A DNA stretch of 61,181 nucleotides, filler included, from Globobulimina sp. (Eukaryota), in assembly GCA_003354225.1 (NCBI GenBank). It is 7 parts of 7 records of this genome, joined end to end, with 100 filler letters (N's around TTAATTAATTAA, not from the genome) between each part and the next. Parts side by side here need not be neighbours in the genome. Positions count along the whole stretch, not along the records: positions 35,100 to 43,746 come from PIVH01000072.1; positions 43,847 to 52,466 come from PIVH01000073.1; 5 more parts are not named here. One strand, 5' to 3'. Of the stretch, positions 35,582-47,702 are shown piece after piece; the first letter of the stretch is position 1, and the number at the start of each line of letters is the position of its first letter. The notes beneath the pieces were generated by a model. The model did not search any database, was not told the DNA's origin, and saw only the letters and a list, made by a program, of their open reading frames with translations. The position numbers were made by a program, and so were the translations under genes.

Positions 35582-37757
35582 TTACGGTTTATTTGCATTT
35601 AAAATAGAGATAGCGGTCAAAACGTTTTCATCCGACAATCCAACTTTGATATCGGTTTTAACAAAATGATTTTCAAGCATTGCCTGGGTTTCTTTTGTTG
35701 CAATTTTATTTAATGGCAAATCATCAATGGCAATCCATGAAATTACTTGATATGTTTTTTTTATATCGTGTAAATATTGACATATTTCCACAGGTTTTTC
35801 CATTTGCGATCCTAACACGGGAGTATCACCAATCACATATTTATTCACATCCACACTGATTATCGACGACAATTCACCAAATAACAGTTCTTTCGCAGAA
35901 GCTATGCGCCTCCAACTTGTACTTAACACAATTCTGCAATCTGTAGAAACCAAAATCCTTTTTAAACGGAATAAACATTCACGACATAATGCACCATCGT
36001 CAAAATCGCGATAATTTAATACGCCATCAACATCCAAAAATAATATCTTTATTCCTTCCTTTTCAGATATCGGTTGTAATTTTTTGTTGCTTTTGCGCCC
36101 ATTTAAAATAAAAATTACTTTTTCAACATCAGAATCAGTCAAACCTTTGGCAGGGTTTGTTTTGATGAAATTATTTTTCATAAAAGCTGTATATTTTCTG
36201 TTTATTGTATCCAATGGAATATCATCGATGGCGCACCACGCCAATACATTGTAGTTGCAATTTAAAAACGCGTCGGTCTCCAAATATGTTTTTATTTCTT
36301 GTGCCCGACCTTTCAATGCATCCATTGCTAATTTTGGGGTGTCTCCAATCACAATGCTATGCACATCAATGTCAGCAAACCTCTTCAATCCATTTAGTAA
36401 TTCTATCCTTGTCTGTTTATAAACTCTCCACGATGAACTTATACAAATCTTACAGTTTCGCGTCCGATTTAAGATGCTTTTCAATCGCAATATATGTGCC
36501 CCAGACAATGATGGCGAATATGAACAATTTAATACGCCGTCGACATCTAAAAATAATAAACAAATATCCTCCTTCTCGCGATATTTATCGTCCTCTTCGA
36601 TGATTAATTTTTTTGTCACTAATTTATTGGCGAAACGCACCTTCTTTCTTTCACTTGTTTGAGTTGCAATTGTTGCATTTCCTGACCTTCGTTTCCTAAA
36701 AACAGATAAAGACGTTTTTGCTGAAGAGATTTTGGGCAAAGTTTGTGGCGGAATATCTAACACAAAATACAAATATATATTCAGAATTTGATGATTCAGA
36801 ATAGACAGAATGGAATGCCGTACATTGTTTTTTATCGTTGATGTTGTTTTTATCGTTGGTACTTTCACCATCATCAACATATTGAATGTCTGGCGGTTTC
36901 CTCTCGAAAACGCGTCCATTGAAGGCAGGCATACTACAGCTGTCATTTGCAATTTTTTTATCATTTGATTTGAACTCATTTGAACAAATTATTGTTGGTT
37001 GTTTTGGGTCAAATTTATGTTCAAATGACTGGTTTTTGTCTGGCATAAAATCGCCACATTCTTTTATTAATTCACTGTCTAAATAAGGATTATTCTTTTT
37101 TTTTGATTTCTTCTTTGATTTCTTATTAAAGAAACCGACTAAATCGCCATATTCCAACTGTCTCTTTGATGCAGGTTTTGCGTCCTCTGAAGAAGCTTGC
37201 TTTGTTACTAAGTTTGTGGCAAATTTTACTTTTTTATTTTTATTCTTATTTTTGTTTTCATTCTCATTGTTTTGCTGCCTATTTTTAAAATATTGGTCAG
37301 CGTGTTTTTCACTTTCTAGCTTCAAATGAGAGTCCCAATCTTTTTGTAAATCCATTCGATTCTCTGTATTAAAGGGCGACGGATCTTTTTCTGTTTCATA
37401 TTTTTGCATTAAAGCAATGTTATTTAATTTATGTTTGCAGTCAGCTTCAACTTTGTTTTCCGCTTTGCACATATTATCCCACCACGAATCATCTCGGCCA
37501 GCAATAGATGTCGATGATGAGATTTTTTTTTCATTTTTATTTTTATTTGAATTTGAATTTAAAGGGTTGATAATTGCACTTCTTTTTGGTTTTGGTTTTA
37601 ATTTACGTTTTTCTTTCTTCTTTTCTTGTGCTTGCGAATCACAAGGAATTGCTTCTCTTATTTCTACAATGCCATCATCGCGATAATGTGTGTATTGCTC
37701 TAATAATTCTTCAGCAGGTTTAGACAGACCACTGGCAGCGGTATTTTGCTGAGACAT
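35582..37757 (-). CDS. Protein with low-complexity N-terminus and two tandem HAD (HAD_SAK_2-like) domains
   Basis: Two copies of LFLDVDGVLN...(I/L)S(S/T)SWR...IGDTP...EI..YL...W.AIDD. Joined to ORF 36696-37757 by an intron at ~36757-36823. Confidence 0.85.
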
Positions 37758-37873
37758 GCTTTTTTTAGAAGAGGCTGCAAAAGAGTTAAAAATTGTTAAA
37801 CATAAAATTTAGTGCACGTGAAGAACTCAAGAGGTTTACAATAATTTAATTTAATTTAATTCAATTCTTTTCT

Positions 37874-38248
37874 TTAATATTTCTGGGTTGGCCCATATTC
37901 GTATAATTGTTGAATAATTCTCTCTCTTTCAGTTCTTTCTAATTGTGAAAATTGAAACAATTTATTTGGAGTATCTGCTTGGTTTTGTTGTGTATCTTTT
38001 ATATTTAGCCATTCATTGGGAAATTGTTGGAGCAATTTACATTTGAAAGTAGGAAATCTTTGTGCGAATTCGCTGACAACTTGTTTTGCTAATTCTTGCG
38101 TATAGACGTCGACGTCATTATTATTATTATTAGATTTATTTAAGCTTAATGCTTTGACTTGTTTTGAGTTGTTTGACTTGTTTATATTTTGCAAAGCGTG
38201 CCTCATCGTAAAGTCGTGATTGACTGCATCGTATCTACTCGTACTCAT
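37874..38248 (-). CDS. Hypothetical protein
   Basis: 124-aa ORF with ATG and host-like composition. Confidence 0.45.
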   Translation of the reverse strand: MSTSRYDAVNHDFTMRHALQNINKSNNSKQVKALSLNKSNNNNNDVDVYTQELAKQVVSEFAQRFPTFKCKLLQQFPNEWLNIKDTQQNQADTPNKLFQFSQLERTERERIIQQLYEYGPTQKY

Positions 38249-38374
38249 TGTATATGTATATGTATAGTTGTAATTGTAATACGATATAAAATTTAATTAA
38301 AAAGAGATTATATAATTACTATTAATATGCCCGTAATGGCACTCTATTTGACGTCAATTCAATTATTAATAATA

Positions 38375-41300
38375 TTACTCCATTGAACGCATTGAAAGAA
38401 TCATAGTCCATACAAACGATACAGAAGCGATCCACGGCAATCTCCAATGTTTTGCTAGTGTAAAAGTGACGCATTGAGCAGGTATCCATATTTTCCATGC
38501 AGCGCATATATCAGCTTTCGATGGAAGTCTATAAAGAGCTTTGTGATTCTCTGTCTCACTCTCACTATGTTCCAACCTATCTTTAATGAAATAGAATGCA
38601 GGAAAATACATAAACGGAGTGTGGATGCATTGATCAAAAACAACTTTTGCTGCGCGGTCCAACATAACGTTTTGTGGGTTCTGTAATTTATAATTATATT
38701 TATTAACACACTATCAATTACTTACTAACACCTTACTAACACCTTACTAACATAATACTACCTTGCTGCATATAGAAAGTTGCAACAGCAGTCGTAACCT
38801 ATTCAGTCCTTTCGTGCTTTGAATCGCTTCTGATTCAACACGACGTAAAGTGCTCACTAGACTAACGAGCAGCGGTACACAAGCAACGACATAGCGAATT
38901 CATATTAGTTCAAGTCCCTCATATTAGAAATATGACGTCATGGAATAAGCAGAATTCATATCGTAACATCGCAAGAGGCAAAAATAATGATTTTAGGAAG
39001 AGCAATAACCGAAATAATAGCGCGCCATTAACAGAAACAGAGCAAAAACAAAGAGATGAAATGCGCAAATTTCACCAAGAAAAACGATTTGAAGAGCATA
39101 AGAAATTGGATGTATTGTTCAATAATTTTAATGCAGAGATTACGTTTAACGAGAGATTGGGATATCGGCTATTCGGCGGAAGACCGGGATTTACTATTTT
39201 TTTCTATAATAATGGGAAGAATATGAATAAGTATCTCCACGATCCGAAGAAAGCAGATAAAATCTTTGAAAATCTGTGTCCGGTATGGAAAAAGCTTAAG
39301 GTTTGGTGTATTAACCAATGCCAAAAGCGAGACTCCGGAGACAAATACGCGGAATTATCATTTGCGTGGGACGACGATATTTATGCCATTGAGGAGTCGG
39401 GAATCGATAGTTTTGAGTTATTAGCGGTCGCAAAGAATGAATTCTTGCGATCTATGAATGAAAAGAGAGAGAGCGGTGACGTGCATTTGGACATGCATTA
39501 GGCAAAAAATTTAGATTTTGGACAGAAAGAAGAAAGTATGACGCCCCAAACTCGTATAAATATGTGTGTAATAACGCATACATATCAACGAAACTGAGGG
39601 AGTCGCGAGTCATTGAAGATGATGTGGCACGGCAAGAAGCTTTAGACATTATTTCAAATGGCTTTAAAGGGTATAAAATTACCTGTTACCGTTTTGGAAA
39701 GATCACAAAAAATATTAGTACCGGTTTATGCTTGACGGCGTCCAGCCCGATCGATATAAATTGGCTGAAGAAAAATGTGCGATCCTTAGCCGGCCAGAGG
39801 GTGAATTGGGTCGTGTTTAAGGAAAAAAAGGACATGGAAAGGAGGGAAGTGTGGAGCAATGAGATGAAATTGAAGAAATTTAAAGAGCAGAAAGTCAAAG
39901 CCGGCGCCTCGAATGGTATTAAATGGTGTTTAGCTGAAGAAAAATTAGACGATGATATTGCGGAAGAGATATTACGTAAATATAAACATGACAGCAATGG
40001 TACCGTCTTCCTTACGTCCAGGGAAGCGATGGTGGCAAAGCTGAATGGTAATATTGACCGCTTTAAGAGTCGCATTGTGAACGAAATGCGAGAGGCGCTG
40101 TATGCGTTAAACGAAGAGAGTGAAGCGGAGATTCAAGTTGATGCTGATATGAATGAGCAGAACGCCGACGTCCGGGAGGAAGACAGCGTTAACAATGTCG
40201 TTGTAAGTGCACCGTCTGCCGCACCTACAAAACCTGCACAGTTCGAATTTGGTACGGACTCTTTTAGTGAAGCAATGAGGAGAGATCAGGTGCTGACACT
40301 AAAGAGAAACGTAGAGCAGAAAGGTGGCACTATGACGGAGAATGAGGCATTACGCATATTAAAATATTGCTTATTTAACGACCATATTGTCGCTGAATTA
40401 TGTGGTAATAAATCAATACAGCGAATTGATGGTGAATTGATATTAAATGGAATCGAGAAATTTGAAAACGCGAAAAAGTCACAATCGCAGTACTCATTTA
40501 ATGGGTATAATATGTATTAATCATCATAATATGTACGCCGTCTCCAAAGAATGACCCATTAATAAATCAGAAAATAAAGCGTTTCTATGAAGCGGTTGCG
40601 GACTTATCTGATTTTAGCATTGAAGTAAGTATCATATGGGTGAAGGCGCACAATAAGGAGATAGGCAATGAAGCGGCTGATGACATAGCCAAAGCGGCAA
40701 TGTTCAATCTCTACCAAACAAGACAATGGAATGAAGTGGAAAAGAAATACTCTGAAAAAGAATGGATTAATTACGGCATAAAAGCAGTGAAAAAAGAAAA
40801 TAAAAGATACGGATTTCATCGGACTTTGAATAAATGGACGAGATACCGTAAGAAGAGGGAATCTGTGGGTCATCATAGTATGCCACTGATCCAGAATTTG
40901 ATTGATTGGGGAATTGATTATCATTATGCGTATAAATACGAAATGGATAAACTATATCGATGGCAGTGGTGCATTGTAACACAACTCCGATGTGGTCAGC
41001 ATTGTAACACAACTCCGATGTGGTCACAATCGGTTAAATGCACAGCAAAAGTATGGATATGATACAAAATCATGTGAACAGATTGAATGCAATGGAACTG
41101 AAGAGAACTTAAATCATTTTATTAATCATTGTGGAATGTACAGAGATCTCAGAGAGGAGATGAGGCAATCAATGAATAGTATATTTGTTGAGGTATATGG
41201 ATATAATTTGGCGGATGCAGACGAAGAGACATTAATTAAATTCGTTTTGTTCCCGTTACAGAGCGAGCTAAAAGAACAAGTCATTAAAAGAGATAGAATT

Positions 41301-42023
41301 GCGAGACGTGAGATGTTGGATAAAAGAATTGAAATATTAAAATATTTATGCGATTATGTAAGACAAACAGGGAGATTTAGGGAGCATTAGTAGCAGCAAA
41401 AATTAATTATCGATTACTGAGTCTTGAATATTATTTATTAACTTTTGTTTTGATTGTTTGAAAAGTAACTTTGTGTGGTTTGATGTGTGATGTACACAAC
41501 GTGAACATTGGTTTTGTTTGTTATTGCTGCTTTGCAGCAATTTACCTCTGTGATACGAACTTTCCTTTGTGTTGTGTGTATCATAGTATTTAATTTAAAT
41601 TACAAGATTAACGCAGTTTTGTTTCCGTGTTCAAAAAAAAATTTATATAAAAACTTAAGTACTGTACTTAACTATAATGCGTGCGGCTGCTTTACTCAAT
41701 AATTTGACGTACAATACGTATTGGCATACTCCTAAATAGCAAAAGCCAAAGGTTGCAAATACCATTGTTCTCTCCCAATTGATGGAAAAAAAGAGTTTGT
41801 AGAATAAGTTAGTATTTTGCAATTCATATTGTCGCGATCTAGATCTATTTAGTGAGAGTTGTGCAGCGAGATCTGCAGCAATGGCTTGGAATGTCGGAAT
41901 TGCCAATCCTGCGAGTAATCTTCTTTTAGAAATTGCATGATCAAGTTTATGACATAATGATTTAATTGAATTTAACCTTGTAACGTAAAGTTGCATAATC
42001 AATGAAAGTCTGTCAGTAAACAA
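38375..42023 (-). CDS. Mpv17/PMP22 family membrane protein, two exons split by a ~3 kb intron (38681-41672)
   Basis: Exon 1: ADLAAQL...INWERTMVFATFG. Exon 2: AAKVVFDQCIHTPFMYFPAFY...WKIWIPAQCVTF...WRLPWIASVSFVWTMILS. The phase-0 GTTAAG...TACAG junction is in frame. Confidence 0.85.
38800..41641 (+). mobile_element. Internally deleted non-LTR retrotransposon (ORF1 + RNase H/CCHC tail), antisense in the Mpv17 intron
   Basis: Frameshifted ORF1 (38932-40520); RNase H C-terminus WVKAHNKEIGNEAADDIAK; TQLRCGHNRLN..C...C...ENLNHFINHC..YRDLR; 3' A-run at 41633-41641. No endonuclease or RT. Ends are approximate. Confidence 0.75.
40971..41026 (+). repeat. 28-bp tandem duplication frameshifting the LINE ORF2 tail
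   Basis: GCATTGTAACACAACTCCGATGTGGTCA repeated twice. Confidence 0.95.
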
Positions 42024-42178
42024 TTTAATGTATTTGTTGTGTTTGTATTATGATCGCTATTCGTCTCATAATTGCATACCATAATTACCATATAGTTTCC
42101 ATCAAATCATAATTACAATTATAATATACATCCATAATGAAATGCAAAAAACTTTAGTCAGAAACAGTCCATTATGAA

Positions 42179-42691
42179 ATGGTGAATATGTTTATTATAT
42201 TTTCAATATGCATATGGGTGCAATTGCAATTGCCAGGAGTCACAGGAATAAAGTTATTAACAATGTCATGTCCATGCGACGCAGATAAACTATGTGCAGA
42301 CTCAAAAACAGGATTGGCAGTTTGCGATTGTTGGACTAAATGTAACTATGAGTGTCCAGGAGGATTTGACAGAATTGACGAAACCACAGAATACTGCCAT
42401 TTTGGTGATAGCCGAAATCGTTGCTCAACCACAATAATATGTGATCGTGATGCGAACAATGAGAATGAGAATGAGAATGAGAATATGGATAAATCTAAAT
42501 CTAATATGGATAAATCAATTGCAAAAAAACATAATGGCGCCGGCTTAATAGGAAAAACTGATGCCGATACTGACGATACGGGCTATTTTAAATTATCCAT
42601 TGTTGGTTTTGTATTATGGCAAATAGCTTCCATTGGTTTAGGAATGCTGATATGTGGTTGTTGTCAAGATTTTGCTAATTGGATTCAATAA
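42179..42691 (+). CDS. Small Cys-rich single-pass surface protein
   Basis: Signal peptide, 10-Cys ectodomain, NE linker and C-terminal TM. Confidence 0.75.
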   Translation: MVNMFIIFSICIWVQLQLPGVTGIKLLTMSCPCDADKLCADSKTGLAVCDCWTKCNYECPGGFDRIDETTEYCHFGDSRNRCSTTIICDRDANNENENENENMDKSKSNMDKSIAKKHNGAGLIGKTDADTDDTGYFKLSIVGFVLWQIASIGLGMLICGCCQDFANWIQ

Positions 42692-43036
42692 AATTAAATT
42701 CTTCTCTTTTTTCTTTTTTTTGCTGAGAGTGCAAGGATAATTGACTTGAACTGTAACAATGTTGACTGTAAAACTGGTGGTTTGGTTGAAAAAACATATA
42801 CAGTAACATATAAATAATAGTATTTTATTACCTAAAAACGGAGGGTATGGTAACTTTTGCACGAAAAATACTGAAAAATCGTTTTCAAAATGGACAAAAT
42901 GGAACAAGAGAAATACACAATATCGATGAAAACGCAAAAGTACTATTATATTTATCATGTATTTCTAGTATATATCGTAGTTATTTTAAAAAGTGATTTC
43001 ATGCTTGAGTTTCACGTGTATTTCTCAAACTAAAAG

Positions 43037-43297
43037 ATCTCTTGTATTTCTCTACGATATTGACGATTTCTTTTTTTCTCCTATATTTCTAAACTTAATT
43101 TCTATTGATCTTCTGCTAAATTTCATACTCAAAAAATAGAGATATGAAAATAACTTTTCAATAGAAAATTAAGAGAAAGTATGCTTAGAAATATAGGAGA
43201 AAATCATCGAAATCAAATTTCAACGAAACATAAAATAAACATAAAAGAAATATAGCAGAAAATCAAAAAACAAAAATGATTTTAGAAATACAAGAGA
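43037..43297. repeat. Imperfect nested inverted repeat (foldback-like)
   Basis: Pairs TCTCTTGTATTTCT/AGAAATACAAGAGA, TTTTCTCCTATATTTCTAA/TTAGAAATATAGGAGAAAA and CTTAATTTCTATTGA/TCAATAGAAAATTAAG. Confidence 0.6.
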
Positions 43298-43846
43298 AAG
43301 TAGGCTATAAAAGGGGGAAATACTAAAAAGTATTTAAAAGACTCGTTGCTACACAATTCAATTAATCTGATATGAATTGATTTAATTTGTGGTACCTCGT
43401 CTCAATATGAAGAGACTCTAAGCACAAGGAAAAGTTTTTTGAATTGAAAATACTTAAATAAGTTGAGTAGTACAATTATAATCAAAATACTCAACAAAAA
43501 TATATAACAAAAAACAAAAATAACCCGACAGATATTATTAACAATTATTTGTTTGGACAAAGTCAACCAAATAAAAGAAATAAAGAACAAACAATCAAAC
43601 AATCAAAAATTTAAAAAAATAAAAAGAAAAATATAATTTGAAAAATTGATTTTTATTCAAAGTACAATCAAAAAATTAGTTTGTTAATATAATTCTAGAT
43701 AATTTATTATTTATTTTATTACAAATAGTTATTTTAAAATCTAACANNNNNNNNNNNNNNNNNNNNNNNNNNNNNNNNNNNNNNNNNNNNTTAATTAATT
43801 AANNNNNNNNNNNNNNNNNNNNNNNNNNNNNNNNNNNNNNNNNNNN

Positions 43847-44230
43847 GCAAAAAAATCCAGTCCGAACATCTAAAACTGTTCCTATTGGAAAGTATCGCAA
43901 AATAGCAAATATGACCAATGCATTATAGGCATTGATCCAATATGCAATTTTATCATATTTCGTATTAAATAATGATGGCGTCGATTCTGGTCCAAATACA
44001 GCCAATGTTGCAACAAATTCTTCCAATAATTCCCTTTTTTTGAGTAAAGCATAATAATTTACGCGACCTGATACTGGCGATACATAACGGCGTAATATTT
44101 TACTCCAGATTGTATAACTAAAATCTTCTCTCAATTTGCTACGCGGATATCGCGACCTTAATACACGTACTCCCAAACCATAGCGATACATCAATGCTAT
44201 CAATGCTGAAATAATTGCTATCACTATCAA
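43847..44230 (-). CDS. DUF547 domain protein (partial)
   Basis: GRVNYYAL...KIAYWINAYNALVI..IL. Confidence 0.85.
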
Positions 44231-44651
44231 ACTGATTCGAAATATCTAACAATTTAATAATATTTAATCAAATCAAATCAAATACTAGTATTAAATTTAT
44301 TTATTAATAATCAAATACATCAATACCTTTTTCTGTGTTTTAAAGCATTCGGCAAAGAATAAGATGGCAGAGCATGCCGATAATGCTTCAAAACAAATAA
44401 TATCCACTTGTAGATACATGGTGCTCGACGGTAATAGAAACATTGTATTTAAACACTGTATTTTATTGCATGTTATCAATAGACAACAGCCAAAATAAAT
44501 TAAAACATTATGTAAATGAAAAGTTTATTGAAAACATACAAGTTCGAATGCAAAAAGACAAATAAACACCAACGTCAGGATGCTTTCCATGAAAGGCTTC
44601 AAAGCACCAACAAAAACTTAAAGAAAAAACTTCCGCTTTCAAGTGTTAATT

Positions 44652-45963
44652 GATGGAACCCAAGCACCCAAAGATAAAGATAATGCGTCATCCATTGAAT
44701 GAAACAACTCGCTTAGTACATCCCAAATCGCACCATTTAAACTACGGAACAATATTCTTTTTAATGGGCTATCGTGCATTAAATCTAGTATTTTACAAAA
44801 CATTGCCAACATTTTCATGGTACTTTGCTCAATATTTTGAAATGAATTACACTATATTTGCAGTGACTGTATTAAATGTTGGATCCATTGTAAATATGCC
44901 TATAGCACCATATTACAGCCAATTTGAAGCAAAATATGTGATGATTATATTTGCGTTGATTTTAGCTGGTTCGTGTTTACTCGTATTACAATGGCATACC
45001 ATTGCTTGTTTATTAATAGCCCGTCTCATGTCGACATTTGCCATAACAGCCACCAGATCCGAAGTAAATCACATCATTGGCGCATACACACAAAGACGTG
45101 CACGTTCAATTGGCATTATTGAAATGTCATTTGGTTTAAGTGCATTGGGATATATTTTGGTTGCTATCGTATTACAACAATTTGGTTATAAAATTCTATT
45201 TATCGGATATTGCATATTAATCACAGTCATTGCAATTTGTCTCTATTTATTGCTGGATAAAAAAATAAAACACAAACAAACGTCTCCATCTTCATTATAT
45301 GTACAAATATCAGAATTGAAGAAAGCTTTGACACATAAACGTTTACAACTTATTTTTATATCGGTATTATTAAATAAAATTGCACGCAATGCATTTTATT
45401 ATACATTAAGCAAATGGCTTGCTGTGAATTATGGTTTTGGTCCACAAAATACCGGATATATGGCATTATGCATAGTTTGTGGTTGTTTAACTGGAACCAG
45501 TATATCAAAATATTTTGAGATTCACAATTTTATGACCGGTTTCTTGAGTGCAATGATTCAAGTTTTTTCAATGGTACTTGAACCAATATATCATGCATTT
45601 GGTCAACAAACATCCATATTTAGCGCATGCTTGATCATTTTTTTTTATTTTTGCGGATGTCAAATATGGTATAATAATATATTGGACATTATGATCGGAG
45701 TTACACCTGAACCTAAATTACTCCCTGCTGTCAATACAATATTATTAATATGCGGATTATTTGGTGGTATCATTGGTACGATTGGCTCAACTGTATGGTA
45801 TGAATGGGGTGGACATGTGGCCATAGCTACAGTATGCGCTGCGGCGAATGTTGGTGTCTCATGTATTGTTGTCTTACTTTGGATCGCGCACAGAAATCAT
45901 TCACTTCAATCACACGTTGACACTGCAAATAATGAAAATGAAAATGAAAATATAACTAATTAA
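44652..45963 (+). CDS. MFS transporter
   Basis: About 12 hydrophobic helices, with LLIARL and RARSIG motifs. Confidence 0.8.
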
Positions 45964-47194
45964 ATTTACGGAACAAATAGTCAGTCCATTTCTTTCGTTT
46001 TGTATTAACATGAAGCTTTTTCATACGATCGATTTGTTTTGCAACAGTTTGATTGCAATAGGAATGACTGGATATTGTCTGGAAATAAGATGTTGCGAAC
46101 CAATAAGAAACCAGAAAGCATGTCGTCGTACAGTTTGCAGTCCATCTTCCTATGCGAAAAACTCTTTGTTTCCATACAATTCCGGTATGTTTGAATTTAT
46201 GTTGTTGTATTTTTGCACAATAACCGAGACCAAAACCAATTAGAGAATAAACCATAGGTTTAATTTGTGGATGCATAAAACTATCAAATTCATGAAATGG
46301 TGCTCCATAAACAATATCATCATCACTTGTATTTCCATATAATTTAATAAAATGTTGACCATATTTCTCAGTCGGTACAATTAATAATACTGTATTAGTA
46401 TCATTCATTTCTTTTAAATTTTTCCATGTATCATGAACTAAACTACGGTACGATGTGTTGAGTGGTAAATGTCTCAATTCATCATTTGGATATAATTGAT
46501 GTGATTGTTTTAAAATGTTTGTAAAATTTGGGGAAGGTAAATATGCGTTGCTGTCGGAAATATAATCCCAATATATCATATCCCTCCATTTTGCCAAGTA
46601 TTGCCAAAAATCATCTTCATTTTCTCGCTCTCGATATGAGTTCCAGAGTTGCAAAAAATATTCATGTTTGGGAATTGCTTTGCCATCAAACTGTGCATGT
46701 TGTGCAAAATGAGCATCATAAATATCTGTTCCATCATTAACAAATAACATATTAATAACATAAGGTCGGACACCACGAATGAATAAGCCGTCCGCATCAA
46801 TGCTACTCATGGAAGATGTTGCAATTTTATTATTATTATTATTATCTAATTGTAATAATTGATGTGATAATTTAAAATATAATTCCTGAGTATCACACGC
46901 ATTTAATAGAGATTCTGTTTCTGTGAGGTATGCATAAATGCGACGCCATAAAGTGTTATAAAAACCAAAGCCATATTCATTTCTTGTCAATGCGTATAAT
47001 GCAGAGTTAAATCCAACGTTATCGGGAGCATGAGCTTTAATGAGCTGTTCATAATTTCGAAAATATGGCGTAAAAAATGTGGATGGATATAAAATATATG
47101 TCAAATCAGTGTGAAATTGTTTAAGCACCCAATTATAGTCATGGATGGTGTCATGCTCTGTTAAAATTATAAATTCTTTTGGTCCGTCTTCCAA
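45956..47194 (-). CDS. Uncharacterised protein; 3' end overlaps the MFS gene by 8 nt
   Basis: 412-aa ORF with C-terminal hydrophobic segments. Confidence 0.6.
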   Translation of the reverse strand: MEDGPKEFIILTEHDTIHDYNWVLKQFHTDLTYILYPSTFFTPYFRNYEQLIKAHAPDNVGFNSALYALTRNEYGFGFYNTLWRRIYAYLTETESLLNACDTQELYFKLSHQLLQLDNNNNNKIATSSMSSIDADGLFIRGVRPYVINMLFVNDGTDIYDAHFAQHAQFDGKAIPKHEYFLQLWNSYRERENEDDFWQYLAKWRDMIYWDYISDSNAYLPSPNFTNILKQSHQLYPNDELRHLPLNTSYRSLVHDTWKNLKEMNDTNTVLLIVPTEKYGQHFIKLYGNTSDDDIVYGAPFHEFDSFMHPQIKPMVYSLIGFGLGYCAKIQQHKFKHTGIVWKQRVFRIGRWTANCTTTCFLVSYWFATSYFQTISSHSYCNQTVAKQIDRMKKLHVNTKRKKWTDYLFRKFN

Positions 47195-47702
47195 ACTATT
47201 TAATAATCACCAATATAACATAAAATATAACGCATTAAATCAATAAACATAAAACTAAACTCTACAGTATACAGAGTGGTGTGGTATGCGGTATTAAATC
47301 ATTAAATCATTAAATCATACTACTAGTAATGGATCGATTGCTATAATAATCATACGTATTATATCAAACCACTACGAGTAGTTTGATTGATTGGTGGTAT
47401 GGTTGTCCACATATAATTGATATAGTTGACACAAACTTGGTTCGAATATTGTTATTTCTTCTGACGACATGATGTCCAAACGGAATTTACAGAAAACTAG
47501 TAAACCAAAATTCCAAAAAACGTTAATTTGTCTTCTGTTTGTTGTGTATTTATCATAGTATTTTATCTAAAGCACATATTGTACTTTTACCATATATGTA
47601 CTATTATCATATCTTGCTGCTTGTATCAGAAACGATAGAAAAAGTTTTTGTGCTTCTGAGCGAGAAAACCCGTACATTGCATGCGTGTTTTGATTGGAAA
47701 TT

